Below are positions 39,601-54,600 of a stretch of 64,000 bases of DNA, piece by piece. This DNA is from Chiloscyllium plagiosum (lineage: Eukaryota). The position numbers were made by a program, and so were the translations under genes. Numbering within the stretch: position 1 is the stretch's first letter; the number at the start of each line of letters is the position of its first letter. The notes beneath the pieces were generated by a model, which worked only from the letters and a program-made list of their open reading frames with translations, did not search any database and was not told where the DNA came from. The stretch is from contig NC_057742.1 of the NCBI RefSeq assembly GCF_004010195.1, positions 21,696,287 to 21,760,286 of the forward strand. Direction: 5' to 3'.

Positions 39601-42600
39601 ACTACTGAACTTTAGAATTACAATGTAGATTTATACACAAGTTGTATTTCAAAGTCCATTAACCAATGGACAAACATTGATTAGTTGTCCTTTGTATCAT
39701 AGCCATGGCATATTCCCATGTAACATTTTAGTGTTGACTCATTCTCCTCTGCAGCTATTGCTCTCATCTGAATCTTAAGTTGTACCTCTGATTTGCTTAT
39801 ACTCCACCCTGTTCTTGGTTACTTTTTCTTACGGACAACATAATGAACTCAATTTAAATCACATGAGGTTATCAGACTATTGTAGCACAAATATGTTTAC
39901 ATTTGCATTTTAATAATACATGTTATTAAGAAGGAAATTGCACTGCTTAATGGCCAGGAGACTAAAGGTTTACAAAAAGCATATAGTTGTCAGTTGTTTT
40001 CTCACCAGGCTTCAGCACTGAAAAGTTACTCAGTTCTTAACATCAAATGATCAGTTACTTATACAGAAATTGAGAAGGATTTCTTTTTAAAAAATGGATA
40101 AATAAGCAATAATAAACAGACAACCCTTAACTCAGTATCTTGGTTAAGGATGGATTTTGCATACATTATCTTTGATTAGTTCCTCTATATTTTGTACATA
40201 TTTTAACTTTTAAGAGCTTATTTCTTGCCTAAAGGGGAAAACCATTTCTTCTGGAGTATGGTAATACTTTAATAGCATTATTGCACAACATCACACTGTA
40301 GTATATACAAAGTTTTACAGCTGGTTTCTTACTTTGAAAAGTTCAAACAGCATGTGATAGAGATGAGATGGTACATAGACAATATGGACAGGTCCTGAAC
40401 CATTTACTGTTGGAACAAAAAAAAATATATTTCAGAAGGAATTATCTTTCAAGTAGTAGAAGCAGTGTACTTAAGACAGCACATGATACACTGCAAACAG
40501 TTCAAGATAAGTTGCTTTGGAAGGAGTACAGGGCAGACTTATTGAATTACAGCCAGACTTAATGGCTAAACTATAGACCAAGATTACACAAACTAGGATT
40601 GCAAGTCATGCAATTTTGAAGGTTAAGGGCTGATTTGATGAATATTTAAGATATCTAGGGCAAAGACATGATAGATAGACAATGATTATTTCTTTGGGTT
40701 GGGAAGTTTAGTACCAACAGTGCTAAATATTAGTGCCAGACCTTTCAATTTTGAAGTTAGGACAGGAAAGCACTATAACATGCAAAGTAATAATTATTGA
40801 ACTAGCAGAAGATGGTAACGAACAAATTAGACAAAGGACATCCATCAAATGTGATCTATTTGGAGTCCCTGAAGGTCTCATACAAGGTACTGCCCAGGAG
40901 GCTGCTAACTAAAAGAGCCCATGGTGTTGGAGGCAAGGTATGGCATGGATGGAGGATTGGCTGACTAGCAGAAAGCAGAGAGTGAGGATAAAGGCACATT
41001 TCCATGACGGCAGTGGTAATTAGTGCAGTTCTGCAGGGGGTCAGTGTTGGGACCAAAACTATTCATGTCATACATTAACAATTTGGATGAAGGAACTGAG
41101 GGCATTGTTGGTTAGTCAGCAGATGACACAAAGATAGGTGAAGGGGCGGGTAGTATTGAGGAAGCAGGGAGGCTACAGAAGGACTTGGACAGGCCAGAAG
41201 AGTGGGCAAAGAAGTGGCAGATAGAATTCAAGGTTGGGAAAGTATGAGGTTAAGCACTTCGGTAGTAAGAGGTGTGGGCTACTTTCCAAATAGCAAGAGG
41301 CTTTGGAGATCTAAAGCACAAAGGGACATGGCGGTCCTTGTTCAGGATTCTCTTCAGGTTAACATTCAGTTGGCAGTTAGGAAGACAAATGCAATGCTTG
41401 CATTCATTTCAAGAGGGCTAGAATTCAAGGGCACAAATGGGACCACATTTGGATTATTACCTGCAATTTTGGGCCCCATATCGAAGGAAGATGTGCTGGC
41501 ATTAGCGGAGGTGCAGAGACGGTTTACAAAATGATCCCAGAGATGAAGGGCTTGTCATATGAGGATTGGATGAAGAATCTTAGGTCTGTACTCAATGTAA
41601 TTTAGAAGGATGAATGGGATCTCACTGAAACTTAGAATACTGAAAGGTCTAGATAGAAAGAACGTGGAGAAGATGTTTCCACTAGTAGGAACGACTAGGA
41701 ATCAAGGGCACAGCCTCAGAGTGAAGGGATGACCCTTTAGAACTGAGAAGAAGAGGAATTTCTTCAGCCAGAAGGTGGTGCATCTGTGAAATTAATTGCC
41801 ATTGAGACCTGTGAAGTCATTGTGTTCTTTTAAGACAGAGATAAATAGGTTCTTGATTAGTATGGGGATCAAGGGTTACAGGGAGAAGGCAGGAGAATGC
41901 GGTTGAAAAACAGATCAGCCACTATCAAATGGCAGAGCAGCCTCAATGGGTCAAATGTCCTAATTCTGCTCCTCTATCTTATGGTCATATATTATGGCCT
42001 GATGGAATAGTCTCATGCAAACAGTAACTCACGTTACATCAATTGTTAACTTTAAAACTGAAATTGATGAATTTGTAATGATCAATGCTAAGACAATGAT
42101 GTAAGACAGACATAGGCATACGAGGTAGGGTCAGATAATTCATCAAATTGAATAGTGCAATCAGCTTGAGGAGCTAATGACATACTCCAGCAATCAGTAG
42201 GTATTGTTGGGGAGGGGGAGAAAGAGAAAAAAAATTATGCAAGTTAGTTAACTGTAAATGTGAATGATAAAGAAATTAATAAAAAACAAAACCTGCTATA
42301 CCAAGTTGGAAGGATATGCAGGTCTTAGGCTAAGACAGACATTAATAACTGCTAAATAGCAATTTCATAAGGCTTATATATTTATTTTTGAAAGGAACAG
42401 TTATATTGGAAAAAGGAACAAACAGCACTAACCAGATGTTCCAGGTTGCTTTGATCATCAATAACAGTTATAAATTAATACATGCAACTTTACCATTGTA
42501 TTGGTCCACTTCCAGTGCAGGAGAGTCCATATAATATTGGTCACAAAGGAGTTTAGCAGTTTCATATGCATCTGTGAACAGTAAGCTGATAGTGACTATC

Positions 42601-45600
42601 CATATAACAACAGCAATCATTTTCAAAGCAAAATTGCATATGTTAATATAAAACCATTTTATGCAAAGCTCCTACATTTCTAATTACTTGCTACATGTGC
42701 TTTATGATACAATGGAACTTCAACAATGAGGCTGTTAACAAATCGAATCCTGATATGGACCAATTTGGTGAACATGGAGACAAGAAGCAAATGTTTTCCA
42801 GTGTGAGAAAATGTTGAAACAAAGGCAGATGAATCAACAAAATCTACATGTACAATGCTCTTACTGGCTGCTGTATTGGCAACACAGGAAGAGATATGGA
42901 AATCATTAAGTGCTTTTTGACCAAGGGAAAAAAGGGAAAGTAAATTTTCATAACCATCTAACATCTTGGAAACAGTTTATTACTACTTTCCATGCATTAA
43001 AAGAGCAATTTGAAGTATTAGATTTTTAAAAAATGTATTTTGATATTCAAAAAAAACTGAATACTTGCTCACTAAAAATAAATGTAAAAAAATGTCACTG
43101 CCACTTTTGTGGCACAGTGGTTAGCACTGCTGCCTCACAGCACCAGAGACACGGGTTCAATTCCCGCCTCAGGCGACTGTGTAGAGTTTGCACATTCTCC
43201 CCATGTCTGCGTGGGTTTCCTCCCACAATCCAAAAATGTGCAGGTTAGGTGAATTGACCATGCTAAATTGTCCGTAGTGTTAGGTGAAGGGGTAAATGTA
43301 GGAGTATGGGTCTGGGTGGTATACGCTTTGGCGGGTCGGTGTGGACTTGTTGGGCCGAAGGGCCTGTTTCCACACTGTAAGTAATCTAATCTAAAATAGT
43401 AGACATTAAATACTGATAAATCACACATTTTGTTCAAGACATATTTGCTTACTAGTACAGAACTTAAACATTACAAAAAGGAAACAAGATTTACAACTCT
43501 CATTCATCAGGATTATGGTAGAGACTATTCCAACCAGGCTTGGAAAATAGGACACCAATTTGAATAGCATGAGAAAAGGGTGATTGTTTGAGCTATTATT
43601 GGCATGGAGATGCAGCCAGAGTAGTGAACTATCGATCTTAGTTCTCAGACTTACCTACTTAGTCTGAGAATTAAGATTGACAGTAGACTGTTCCTGCTGG
43701 ATCTTTCGGTCAATGTTAGCCCAAACAATTAACACCCTCTTATGCTGTATAAATGTGCACTTCCTTTTTTAAGCATGTTTCCTGTATCCTAGTTCTGACT
43801 GGTACAAGATAAAAGCATTCAAATTTTTATTTCCTTTCAGGGATGTTTAAGACATTAGATGTTGATGTTTCCTAGATACTTACAAAGAAATATTTGTGAA
43901 TTGATAGATATGTTGTACGAGAAGCTCAGTATCACCATCTGATTATCGCAGCAGCCAATCATTATATAATATAAATAGTTACATTGTTAGCTTTAAAGAT
44001 GTCATAGGCTAATACTAGAAACAAAAATTATGGTGTTAAGGGGGTATGTAAACACAAATACAAATGAAAACATCATCACAAAGCTTCAATGCTGATTTTA
44101 AAACATTTGCATAGATGTTTCACAGATCTTAAAACATCTGCATATTAATTAAGGAACCAGTGTACATGAGCAGGGATATCTTGCTGCAATCATCCAGGTC
44201 CTTGGTGAGACCACACTGGAGTATTGTGTGCAGTTTTAGTCTCCTTATCTGAGGAAGGATGTCCTGGTTATGGAAGGAGGAATTTAATGTTTACTAGATT
44301 GATTCCTGGGATGGTAGGGCTGGTCGGAAGAGATCCTGGATCGGTTATGAGGTTTAGAAGCATGGTGGTTGGTGACGGTAGGGAAATCTCACAGAAACCT
44401 ATAAAATTCTAACAGGACTAGACAGGATAAATGCAGAAAGGACGTTACTGGTGACTAAAGAATCCAGAACCAGTGGTTACAGTTAAGACATAGCATGTGT
44501 CATTTAGGACTGAGAGCGAGAGAAATGTCCTCACCTACAGAGTGGCGAGCCTGCTGCCACAGAAAGCCTTTGGGGCCAAAATCATGAAAACTTGAAGATT
44601 TAAAGACTTGAAGATATGGTTTTTAAGTCTGAAGAACTCAATGGGAACAGGGTGAAAATGGGAACAAATGATTTGGATGATCAGATCATATTGAATGGCA
44701 GAGCAGGTTCGAAGGACTGAATGGCCTATGCCCTCTGCTATTTTCTATGTTTCTCTTCTACTAAAATTTATGAATATGAAAATTCAAACAGACAAAACAG
44801 ATTCTGATTGTGGATTTTAACTATTTGTGGTAACTTATAATTCCTAATCAATACATGAAAGTACTTTCCAGAGGGGAAAAAAAAACATACCTCTGATGAC
44901 ATTTACAACTTCACAGTCTGGATCAATACTGCCTATGTGCTTGGGATGAGCTGGGTTTGTTGTGCCATCAAAAATTAGTGCTTGGGAAAGAAGAAAGTAT
45001 TAAATGTTAGCAGATTAGATTTTGATTGTGACAAAAGTGATCGAGAACTTTATGACAATAACCCTGTCATTCATAGCATTAAAATCACAAATATTCAATA
45101 TGTGCCATTGTTCACTGTGCACTGCACTGGTTACCTTTAAGGAAAGATGTTAAACATATTAAAGGCAGTTCAGAGAAGGTCTATCCAGGCGAGTGCATGG
45201 AAAGAGTGAGTGGTCATATGAGTAAAGGTTGGACAGGTTAGACTTGTATATGCTAGAGTTTCAAAGAGTGAGACATAACTTTGATTGAAACTTACAAAAT
45301 ACTAAGAGGTCTTAATAGAATAAATGTAGAGAAAAAAAGATTTCCTCCTGAAGGAGAATCTACATCTAGCAGTCGCTGTTAAGTCAGGGGTCACCCATTT
45401 AAAACAGGGGAGGGGTGAAATTTTCTTTTAGCAGGTTGAATGCCTTTGGACCTCTATGCTTGAAAAGATGGCAGAAATAAGAGTCCTTGAATATTAAGGA
45501 AGAGGTAGCCATATTTCTGTGAAGCGAGGCGGCGAAAAGGTCATAGGTGAGAATGAAGATTTGAGGTTACAATTAGACATGCCAAGGTCTTACTGAATGG

Positions 45601-48600
45601 CAGAGCAAATTTGAAGAGGTGAATGGCCTATTCCTTGTTTGTATTACATATTACATTTTTCAATTTTTTACAAAAGTTGTTTCTGAAATGAAAATTCACT
45701 CATGAACAATAACATGGGTTTTCTCACAAATGTTTCACTTACTATGCTGATTGATGAGCATTCTGATGGAAATACGACTCATGTAAAAGCGATCCAGAAA
45801 GTACTGTACATTTTGACTAGTGATGCTATCTTCTAAGTATGATTCCTTGTACTCAATAACACCTTGTGCCATTGTTGGAACAACATCATTATGCCTATTC
45901 CGAATTGTAATTAAGGCATCTGTAAAACTAAGATCGTGCAAAAAAAAAACAAGCCTTTTAGATATAGCACATATGAAAGCTTTATACATTGTTAGATTAG
46001 ACTGATTTTATATCCAATCTTTCTACAGAAAGATTTAATAAACTAATGCAAGTGGTTGGCCCTTGATATTAGGCTTCCAGAATCAAATGTGAAAGACTAA
46101 TATTAAAACACCTTAAAAAAATCGTCTAAAGAATTTAGTGATATTTTCTTCCTCAAATTGCCCTTACAGTCAGATCCCAAATGATATCAATAGTGAAGTT
46201 GATAAGCATTGAAATGCACAAATATGCTGTAGTAAACAAAAAGCACAAAAGTTTTTTCTCTTGTAATCAATAGTGAAAGTGACAATTCACATTTCAATGC
46301 CTTGGGCTCCTGCAAGCTCACAGAAGATTATTGGTGACAAAAATGAATTGAAGACCTTTAAAAAGGTATTGGTTCATAAACAGCCTTAAATTACCTGGAA
46401 TCATAGGTGGTGCATTGGTGATTAGCATTGCTGCCTTACAGCACAAAAGATCCAGGTTCGAATCCAGCCTCGGGCAATTGTCTGTTATGGAGTTTGCACA
46501 TTCTCTCAGTCTGTGTGGGCTCCTTGACTTTCCTCCCATATTCCAAAGATGTGCAGGTAGATTGATAGTGTACAGGGATGTACAGTTCAGGTGGATGAGG
46601 CATGTCAAATGCAGGATTAGAGATAGGGTCAGGGGCTAGGGCAGGTTGGGAAGATCTTTGGTGGGCCATTGATTCGAAGATTACCTTAAATTGATCTTGC
46701 TGTCAATTTCACGTTAACTTAACATATTTCAAAATGCTACCTCAAAGACAAAAATTGTAATGACAACCTGCAGTTGTTAACAGGGTTTTTATTTTACAAA
46801 TCAGTGAATACACTTTCGAAAGGTCGACCATACAAGACACCAATAAGCTGACTTTTTTGGCAAGTGTTAGATGAAGTCACCATTTAGCAACCATGCTTCT
46901 GTGTCAAAAGGTCCAGGTTCACTAATCACTCTGGAACATGACGGCTTTAAAGATGTGTTTATAATGCAGAAATCCTTCCCAATGTACTATACTGACTGCC
47001 ATTGGCAAGAAAGAGATTGCTGGTAAAGAACTCAACAAAAAGAACAGTTGAATATTCTGTCAAAACTCAATAAGTAAATAACAATACTACAGTAAGTTGC
47101 AAATTATTTAATATTTTAAAAGCATACCTTGATAAAACTCGCAGATCATCAGGGTTCTTGTCATAAAACTCAAGAATATCCAAAAGACTTTGAACATACC
47201 TAAATGAAAAGAGAGTTAGCATGTATGAAGCTTCATTTATCACAATGTACAAAACTCATGGATCAATAAAAGCAGTTAAGCAATTTAAGAATTAAAAAGT
47301 ACATTGGTCATATCTAAATCAATTAAAACATGTTTGTGAGAGTGCTCTGCTGAAAAGACGCATTTAGGGTAGCTTCATGGAGTTCAGAGGGCTCAGTGTT
47401 TAAAGAAGGTTTTAGACCAGAAGATCAAGAGGTTTGAGATTTTGAATGTTTAACTGAGGCAGTTTCACTGATTGCAACTACACTATTGTGCAAGTACATT
47501 TGGTTTTATTTGCTTCATTAAACAAATTTGCCAAGTTTTCTTAAAACTGTCAATTGCTAATCTTCAACATTACTGTAGCTACCCTTATTTGCAACATTTG
47601 TCTCAACAAAATCATCTGACAAAACTCTAGTCAGAGAACTGCCTTGACCAGAACAAATAATTAGTTCATTGAGTTCAAGCTCCATGTAAAACACAATGCT
47701 TTTCAAATAGTTAAAATCATCCAAAACAAATTCTTTAAAAGGAGTGACGTTATTCATTTGACTTCAAATTTTCAATTTTAATTTAAATGTTTTCCCTTAT
47801 TTTTAGTAGGGAGTGGCAACCCTCCAAATACTAGCAACATCAGAATGCTATTGTACTGTTGACTTCACACCAAACCCAATCATAATTCAGGATCAATGTC
47901 CTTACATTTGCGCAATGTATAGTGATCAAGCACAAACAGTATCTAATCTTTATTCTTGTTAGATTAGGCATAGCGAGCAATAATAGCACTTCAACATTTT
48001 TCCAGCAAAAATCAACTAGCTCAGCGCAAACTGCTGACTTGAACTGGAAACTTCCAGACCTGTTAATTCAGTTGCACATTAGTTTTTCATCAGTTTACAT
48101 GGTTAGAACATACACAATACTGCAAGAAGGCTCTGTATGGTTCAGATTCAATGGTACCCTATTTAATTATACTTGACTGATTGGTGCCTAATGCAATGTA
48201 AGCACTTGTATTCTAAAAAAGCTCCAAGATTTTACACCATTCAACATTAGTTTCCAACACTGATTTTTTTTTAAATGAATGCTGTTCCTAAAAGCTAAAT
48301 AACTTGGAAAATCTTGATATATCTATCCTTAACAATAACTGTAATATTTAAGAAAATAGACTTGGGGGCAAGTCAATTAGTTTACTAGCATTTGTAAGCT
48401 CTCATATAAACTCACTTATTATATCTTGATAATTTGGCAACCAACTCAAGACAGCCATACTGGTGTATGAAGATGACACTAGTACATGCCCACATTGGAA
48501 ATTAAAATTAATTGTGCATACAGAATTTAGAGAATGTCATGGAAATAAATACTAAATACAAAGCAAAAATGTTCACATTCAGAATTTCTTAGCCAGTCTG

Positions 48601-51600
48601 TACACAAAGCCAGATTTACAAAGTAGACCCAATACGGCCTCTTTCTGCTTAAGACATACTTTAAATTCAACTTTCAGATGGAAAACAGTACTTCACCCTT
48701 CCAGCCTCTTTTATAAAGTTCAACTGTCTGAGTGACACTACAGTCTAGAAAGTTCAGGCGTCAAAGCAGGAAATACGAAACTACTTACTACTCTCTCACT
48801 TCCTCACAAAGCATTAATAAAATTGAATTGAGGTTTAGTGACTGAAAATTAACACTGTTTTGAGTTCTAGGGATACAGAATTCACTTCAGGAGACTGTAG
48901 GACACAATGAATTTAACATTCAAAACTGTAATGCTTCTCAGGAATGTTTTTCTGTACCAAAACAGACTGTAATTGTGGAATTATGTCTATCAAACTATAA
49001 TGAAACAATGGCAATCAAATTTGTCAGTAATTTAATGATAGTGAGTGGATTAATAGGCTCTCACATTTCACTATGCATAAGACATATTGCACTGGCTTTT
49101 ACAATCAAGAAAGGCATAATCCAAATATGAGAAGGTATTTATATAAATAAGAGCTGAAAATGTGTTGCTGGAAAAGCGCAGCAGATCAGGCAGCATCCAA
49201 GGAACAGGAGAATCGACGTTTCGGGCATAAGCCTGAAGAAGGGCTTATGCCTGAAACGTCGATTCTCCTGTTCCTTGGATGCTGCCTGACCTGCTGTGCT
49301 TTTCCAGCAACACATTTTCAGCTCTGATCTCCAGCATCTGCAGCCCTCACTTTCCCATTTATATAAATAAGTCTCATAACTTAAGTGGGGGAAAGTTCAC
49401 AGTATAGTTTACACAGTTCCAGTTGGATAACTGTCAGATAATTGAAACAGGATACATCAGCTTATATAGGTCAACTCATATCATGACCAAACATATTTAA
49501 CCAGATGGCCAGTTTTAGTAACACCCTTCTAATATTGTCACAAGCATAAAGCTAGCATCACTGAGGTGGATGGAAAACATTTCAATATTGCACAATATTA
49601 TTTGTCCTGCATTGAAAATTTACTGCTTTGAAGAAGCCACACATAAGAGACACATTATTCGAGGAGATTCTCTCACTTGTATGACCATCTTTTGTGTGGC
49701 TACTCACCAGCTTTGGACTAACTGAACGGAAGGTGTGCCAAGTAGCCGGTCTGGGAGGAGATTGATTTCCTTCATAATATTAGAGAGTCTCACAGGCAGC
49801 TCTTGCCTCAGAAACATAAAGGAGGTCTTCTCACAGGCATTTGTTGAGCCTAAGTGGATAAGAATGCAACACTGTACTTAAATGCCAAGTTTCAACAACT
49901 TCCACCCAATTTTATTCCCTTCCAAAAATAATAAGAATTATGCTACAACTCAGTTCCATTGTGCTTGCAACTCATAATAACATGCCTGATGCATGCAATT
50001 TAATGTTGTCCTCACTTGATGTCCAAACACACACTGGAGGCTATGATTTATTTGCTGTTACGTTTGCTTAATTCTGTTTTCTGTCCTCATACTTTTACTC
50101 CAACTCTTGTCCACGCATGGAGCTGGTTTGATGGCATGAAGCATCAGCACATGATTTAATTTGGGAATACGGCAAATTAAATTCCACTCTTGAATCCCAA
50201 GGGCATGTGATGCAGGAAATCTCAAGTATCAAATGCACACTGGTATGTACACAGTTTGAGTAGGAAAACTCAAGCTATCGGTATTTAGTGTCCTGGGTCA
50301 GAAACACGCAAGATTCTACATAATACTTCTTGCTTTGAGTTTGATGTCAATGATGTCATAGAAAAAGGACACATCTCCCAGAGAGGGAGAAACTGATTAT
50401 AACTAAGACCATCTCCTGGGAATGTAGCTGATCTTCCTTAATAAATATTTATATATGTGTGTATGTGATGAAGTTAAGTATGCATACTTCATATTGGGGA
50501 AAAAAATCTGTGTATTGCTTATTGGGAAAATTGCAATTTTTGGAACAGTTGTAAGGGCAGATTCTGAAAGAAATGTCAAACTGGTAGCCGCTATAATCAC
50601 AGAAACAAGTTTGCTCACAGTTAACGAAGAAGTTATACTTCCTCTTACCCAGTGTGCTTTTGCAAGCCTGATTAACCAAATTATAGCTAATTCTCCATGT
50701 TAATATCAATATTAAACGGAAAGATCTATGTACCCAGTAAAAGGTTTCTGCAAACTAAAGAGGCATGGGTCTGGAAGCTCCTTTCCCTCCCTTTACCATA
50801 GTTAGATGAATTAATATTCAATAATCAAATAAGATTTTTTGACAGCTTTGAGTGATTGAATAACAGATAGAGGGCAGTTGAGGCTCAACGACCATAAACT
50901 AAAAAGAAACAGTGTGTTTCAAAATCCCAATTAAAATCCAATGACCTTATGGCAGGAGATGGCTATGTGATCTCTTCTACATTTACAATGGTATTTACAT
51001 AATACCACATACAACAACTTTCATTTACGTCATCTAAACATCCCAAAAACATTCCACAGTACCCAAATAATTAGTACAAAGCGCTGTGCTGCAGGAAACA
51101 GCAGAGGTTTGCAGGAGGAAAATTCAAACAAAACAACAGCTAAAGCATCATCAACTTGTGGAGGAATGAAAACCATGCTGTGGCGAATGGTCCCATCCTG
51201 GATAGATCAATGACTATCTCGCATAGGTGACAAGAGATAATTACTACTGCAACTTGGTAAATCAATTCCGTCAATGTCATCATCACCTGAATCAAATCTC
51301 TGTTCCTTGTGTATTCTTTGTTCTTGAACGAACTGTGTTTCTATTTTCAGCTGCTTTCTAGTTAAAACTACACAACTGTTGAGAATGCAATGTATTTAAT
51401 GTACCATTGCGGTTCATAGAAAACGCTGGGAAAATGTTTCTTATTTTCTGAAAGTAAGGTTCAATGGACTTAGAATGATAGGTTAGATGTTTAAGATTGA
51501 GACGAGGACAAATTCCATTCAGTGGATTATGAATCTTGGAAATTCTATACCTTTGTATTAGTATATTCAAGAAGAAAAATAAAATTAACAGATTTTTCAA

Positions 51601-54600
51601 TACTGAAGGAATCTATGGATATGGAGAAAGCACACAACAGATTCATGGAGAAAGTTTAGGCCCTGGAATAAAAGGGACAGTGGTAATGTGCATACAAAAC
51701 TAGCTGAATGATAGGAAAGAGAGAGTTATGATGATACATTAAACATATTGAGTTGTTTACCTTGGAGACAGGAGGGCTAAGAGATATTCAAAATGATCAG
51801 TGGGTTGGATAGAGTGGATAGCATGAAGCTCGTAGAAGGTGTAAGAATGAGAGGGTATAGATTTAAAGCAATTTGTAAAAGAAGCATATGTGGTAAGGGA
51901 ATAAAACTTTCTACACAATGAGTAGCTAGGATATGGAACCAGGGTGTAAGTTTGCTCGCTGAGCTGGTAGATTTATTCTCAGATGTTTCGTCACCATGCA
52001 ATCTAATCATGCTGGATCCAAAACACCCCATTTCTATGGATTACCAAAAGGTACATAAACAAGTGGCTCCCCCTTAGACCCATTGTCTCACTTCCTGGTA
52101 CACCGACATACAGACTGGCAAAGGAACTGCAACTCATACAAACAAACAACTCATAGAAGACCCAAGCCACTCCATCTGCTCCACCCAGAAATTCCTTAAC
52201 AAAGACACCAATGTAGAGGATGACGAGGTCATAGTTTCCTTCAACGTGACGGCCCTATTCACATCAATAAATATCACCCCAGCCAAATAAACACTGGCTT
52301 CACTGCTAGACGAATCAAGGTTACAAATGCCTGACAGCACCAACTTCATCAGCAAGGATAGCATCCTCAAACTAGTAGACTTGTGCCTCACAACCTACTT
52401 CACCTTCACCAACAAAATCTCAAACAAATCAATGGGATGTCTATGGGATGCCAATATCAGAACTCTCAGCAGAAGTAGTTATGCAGAAGTTAGAACAAAC
52501 AGCTCTTCCCATGATCCAGCCCAAGCTTTGGGTCCACTATGTGGATGACATCTTTATCATCACAAAATGCAAAAAATTCAAAGAAACCCACATATCCATA
52601 AACAACATCTTTACTGCTATAAAGCTCACCAAAGAAAGACGACAAGAACAATAACACACTCTCCTTCCTAAAAGGTCACAATAGAATGAAGAGCCAATGG
52701 AGAACTGCAGATCAGCGTCTACAGGAAAGTCTCACACACTGACCAGATACTTAACTACATGTGCAATCATCCCAACACCCACAAACGAGGATGCATCAGG
52801 ACATTATTTAAATGGGCCACAACACACTGCAGCACCAAGGAGTTTGAGAAGCCAAGGAAAAACACCGACAACATATTAAGGAACAATGGGTACCCAATCG
52901 CAGTCCACAGATTCCTACACAATAGACCTCAACAACAAGACACAACATGCTCAGAAGCTCTTAGCTATCCTGCCACACATTCAACACATCACTGAGATGA
53001 CAATCATACTACTCTGGCCCCTTGGCATCATGGTAGCTCACACACCTACCACCAAGCTGAAAGAGTTCCTGATGAATTTAAAGAACCCTGTACCAGAACA
53101 AACATCATATAAAAAAATACCCTGCAAGGACTGCAACAAACATTACATTGGACAGACAGGCAGGAAACTAGTCACTAGAATACATGAGCACCACCAAAAG
53201 ACAAGGCCAACTATCACTAATATCCATACACACAGACAAAGAGGGAAACCAGGTTGACTGGGACAATAGATCCATCCTGGGACATGCTAAACAAAGACAC
53301 ATACAAGAATTCCCAGAGGCCTGGCATTCAAACGGGAACTCCATTAACATATCAATTTGGACCCCATTTACTAACCTCTCAGAAAAAGAATCAGGTATGA
53401 TCATCACCCACCACAACAGACCAAGACACACAAATAACAAGCACGGTAGAATACCAGCATTCATTGGAGGCTCACTGATGAGGTTACCGAGCATGGTGAT
53501 GAAATGTCTGAGAACAAATCTACCAGCTCAGCAAGCAAACTTACAACCTGATCCACAATCTGAGCTACAAACCTCTAAAATCACAAAATGTATTGCCTCA
53601 AAGTGCGGTAGAGGCAGGTTCAACTGAAACGTTTAAGAGGGCATTAGATGATTATTTGGAGAGAAATAAATTGCAAGGCTATGGGAGGCAAAGCAGGACA
53701 CCGGTACGAGGTAATGATGCTAATTTGAAGAGCTGGTGCAGGTATGTTGGGCTGCTTGGTCTCCTTTTGTATAGTAACACTTCTGGGATTCTGTGAAGTG
53801 CAACAGAATGTAAAAATGTGGCTTGACCAAACATTTATGTTAGAAGGTAGCAAGGGAAAATGAAGGTAAATCCATATTTTAAAAGGAAACATTTACAGGG
53901 CTATAACAGGGGTACAAATGAGAGGGAACAGCAGAACAAACAATGCTGAATTCTTCACATCTATCATCCTATGAATTTAACCTATCTCCATTCATTGTAT
54001 TGAGTTAGAAGCCACCTTAGGCAATTATGTCTTAAAAGATGTTAATCAAATTTAATTAACTTCCACTAGAACATCTTTTTAAAAAAGAAACTGCTCAAAC
54101 ATGATGTGACACATCTCTGGGATTGGAGAGACCCATCCCAGTTTTTTTTAAGATTAGATTACATTACATTACAGTGTGGAAACAGGCCCTTGGGCCCAAG
54201 TCCACACCGACCCGCCGAAGTGCAACCCACCCATAGCCCTACATTTACCCCTTACCTAACACTACGGGCAATTTAGCATGGCCAATTCACCTGACCTGCA
54301 CATCTTTGGACTGTGGGAAGAAACCGGAGCACCCGGAGGAAACCCACGCAGACACGGGGAGAACGTGCAAACTCCACACAGTCAGTCGCCTGAGGCGGGA
54401 ATTGAACCCGGGTCTCCGGGTTCTTCTGGCTCAACCACAGGGCACGTTACCATTACACCAAAACATCCTGATTGGAAAATAAATACCAGCATTAAGCATG
54501 CAAAGTCAGCTAATCAGGACCAGTCTGTCCTGAATGTTTGAATTTCTTGACTTTTAGCAATCTTAGAGATGCGCCAACCTTTGGCGCAAGTTTTTCAGGA

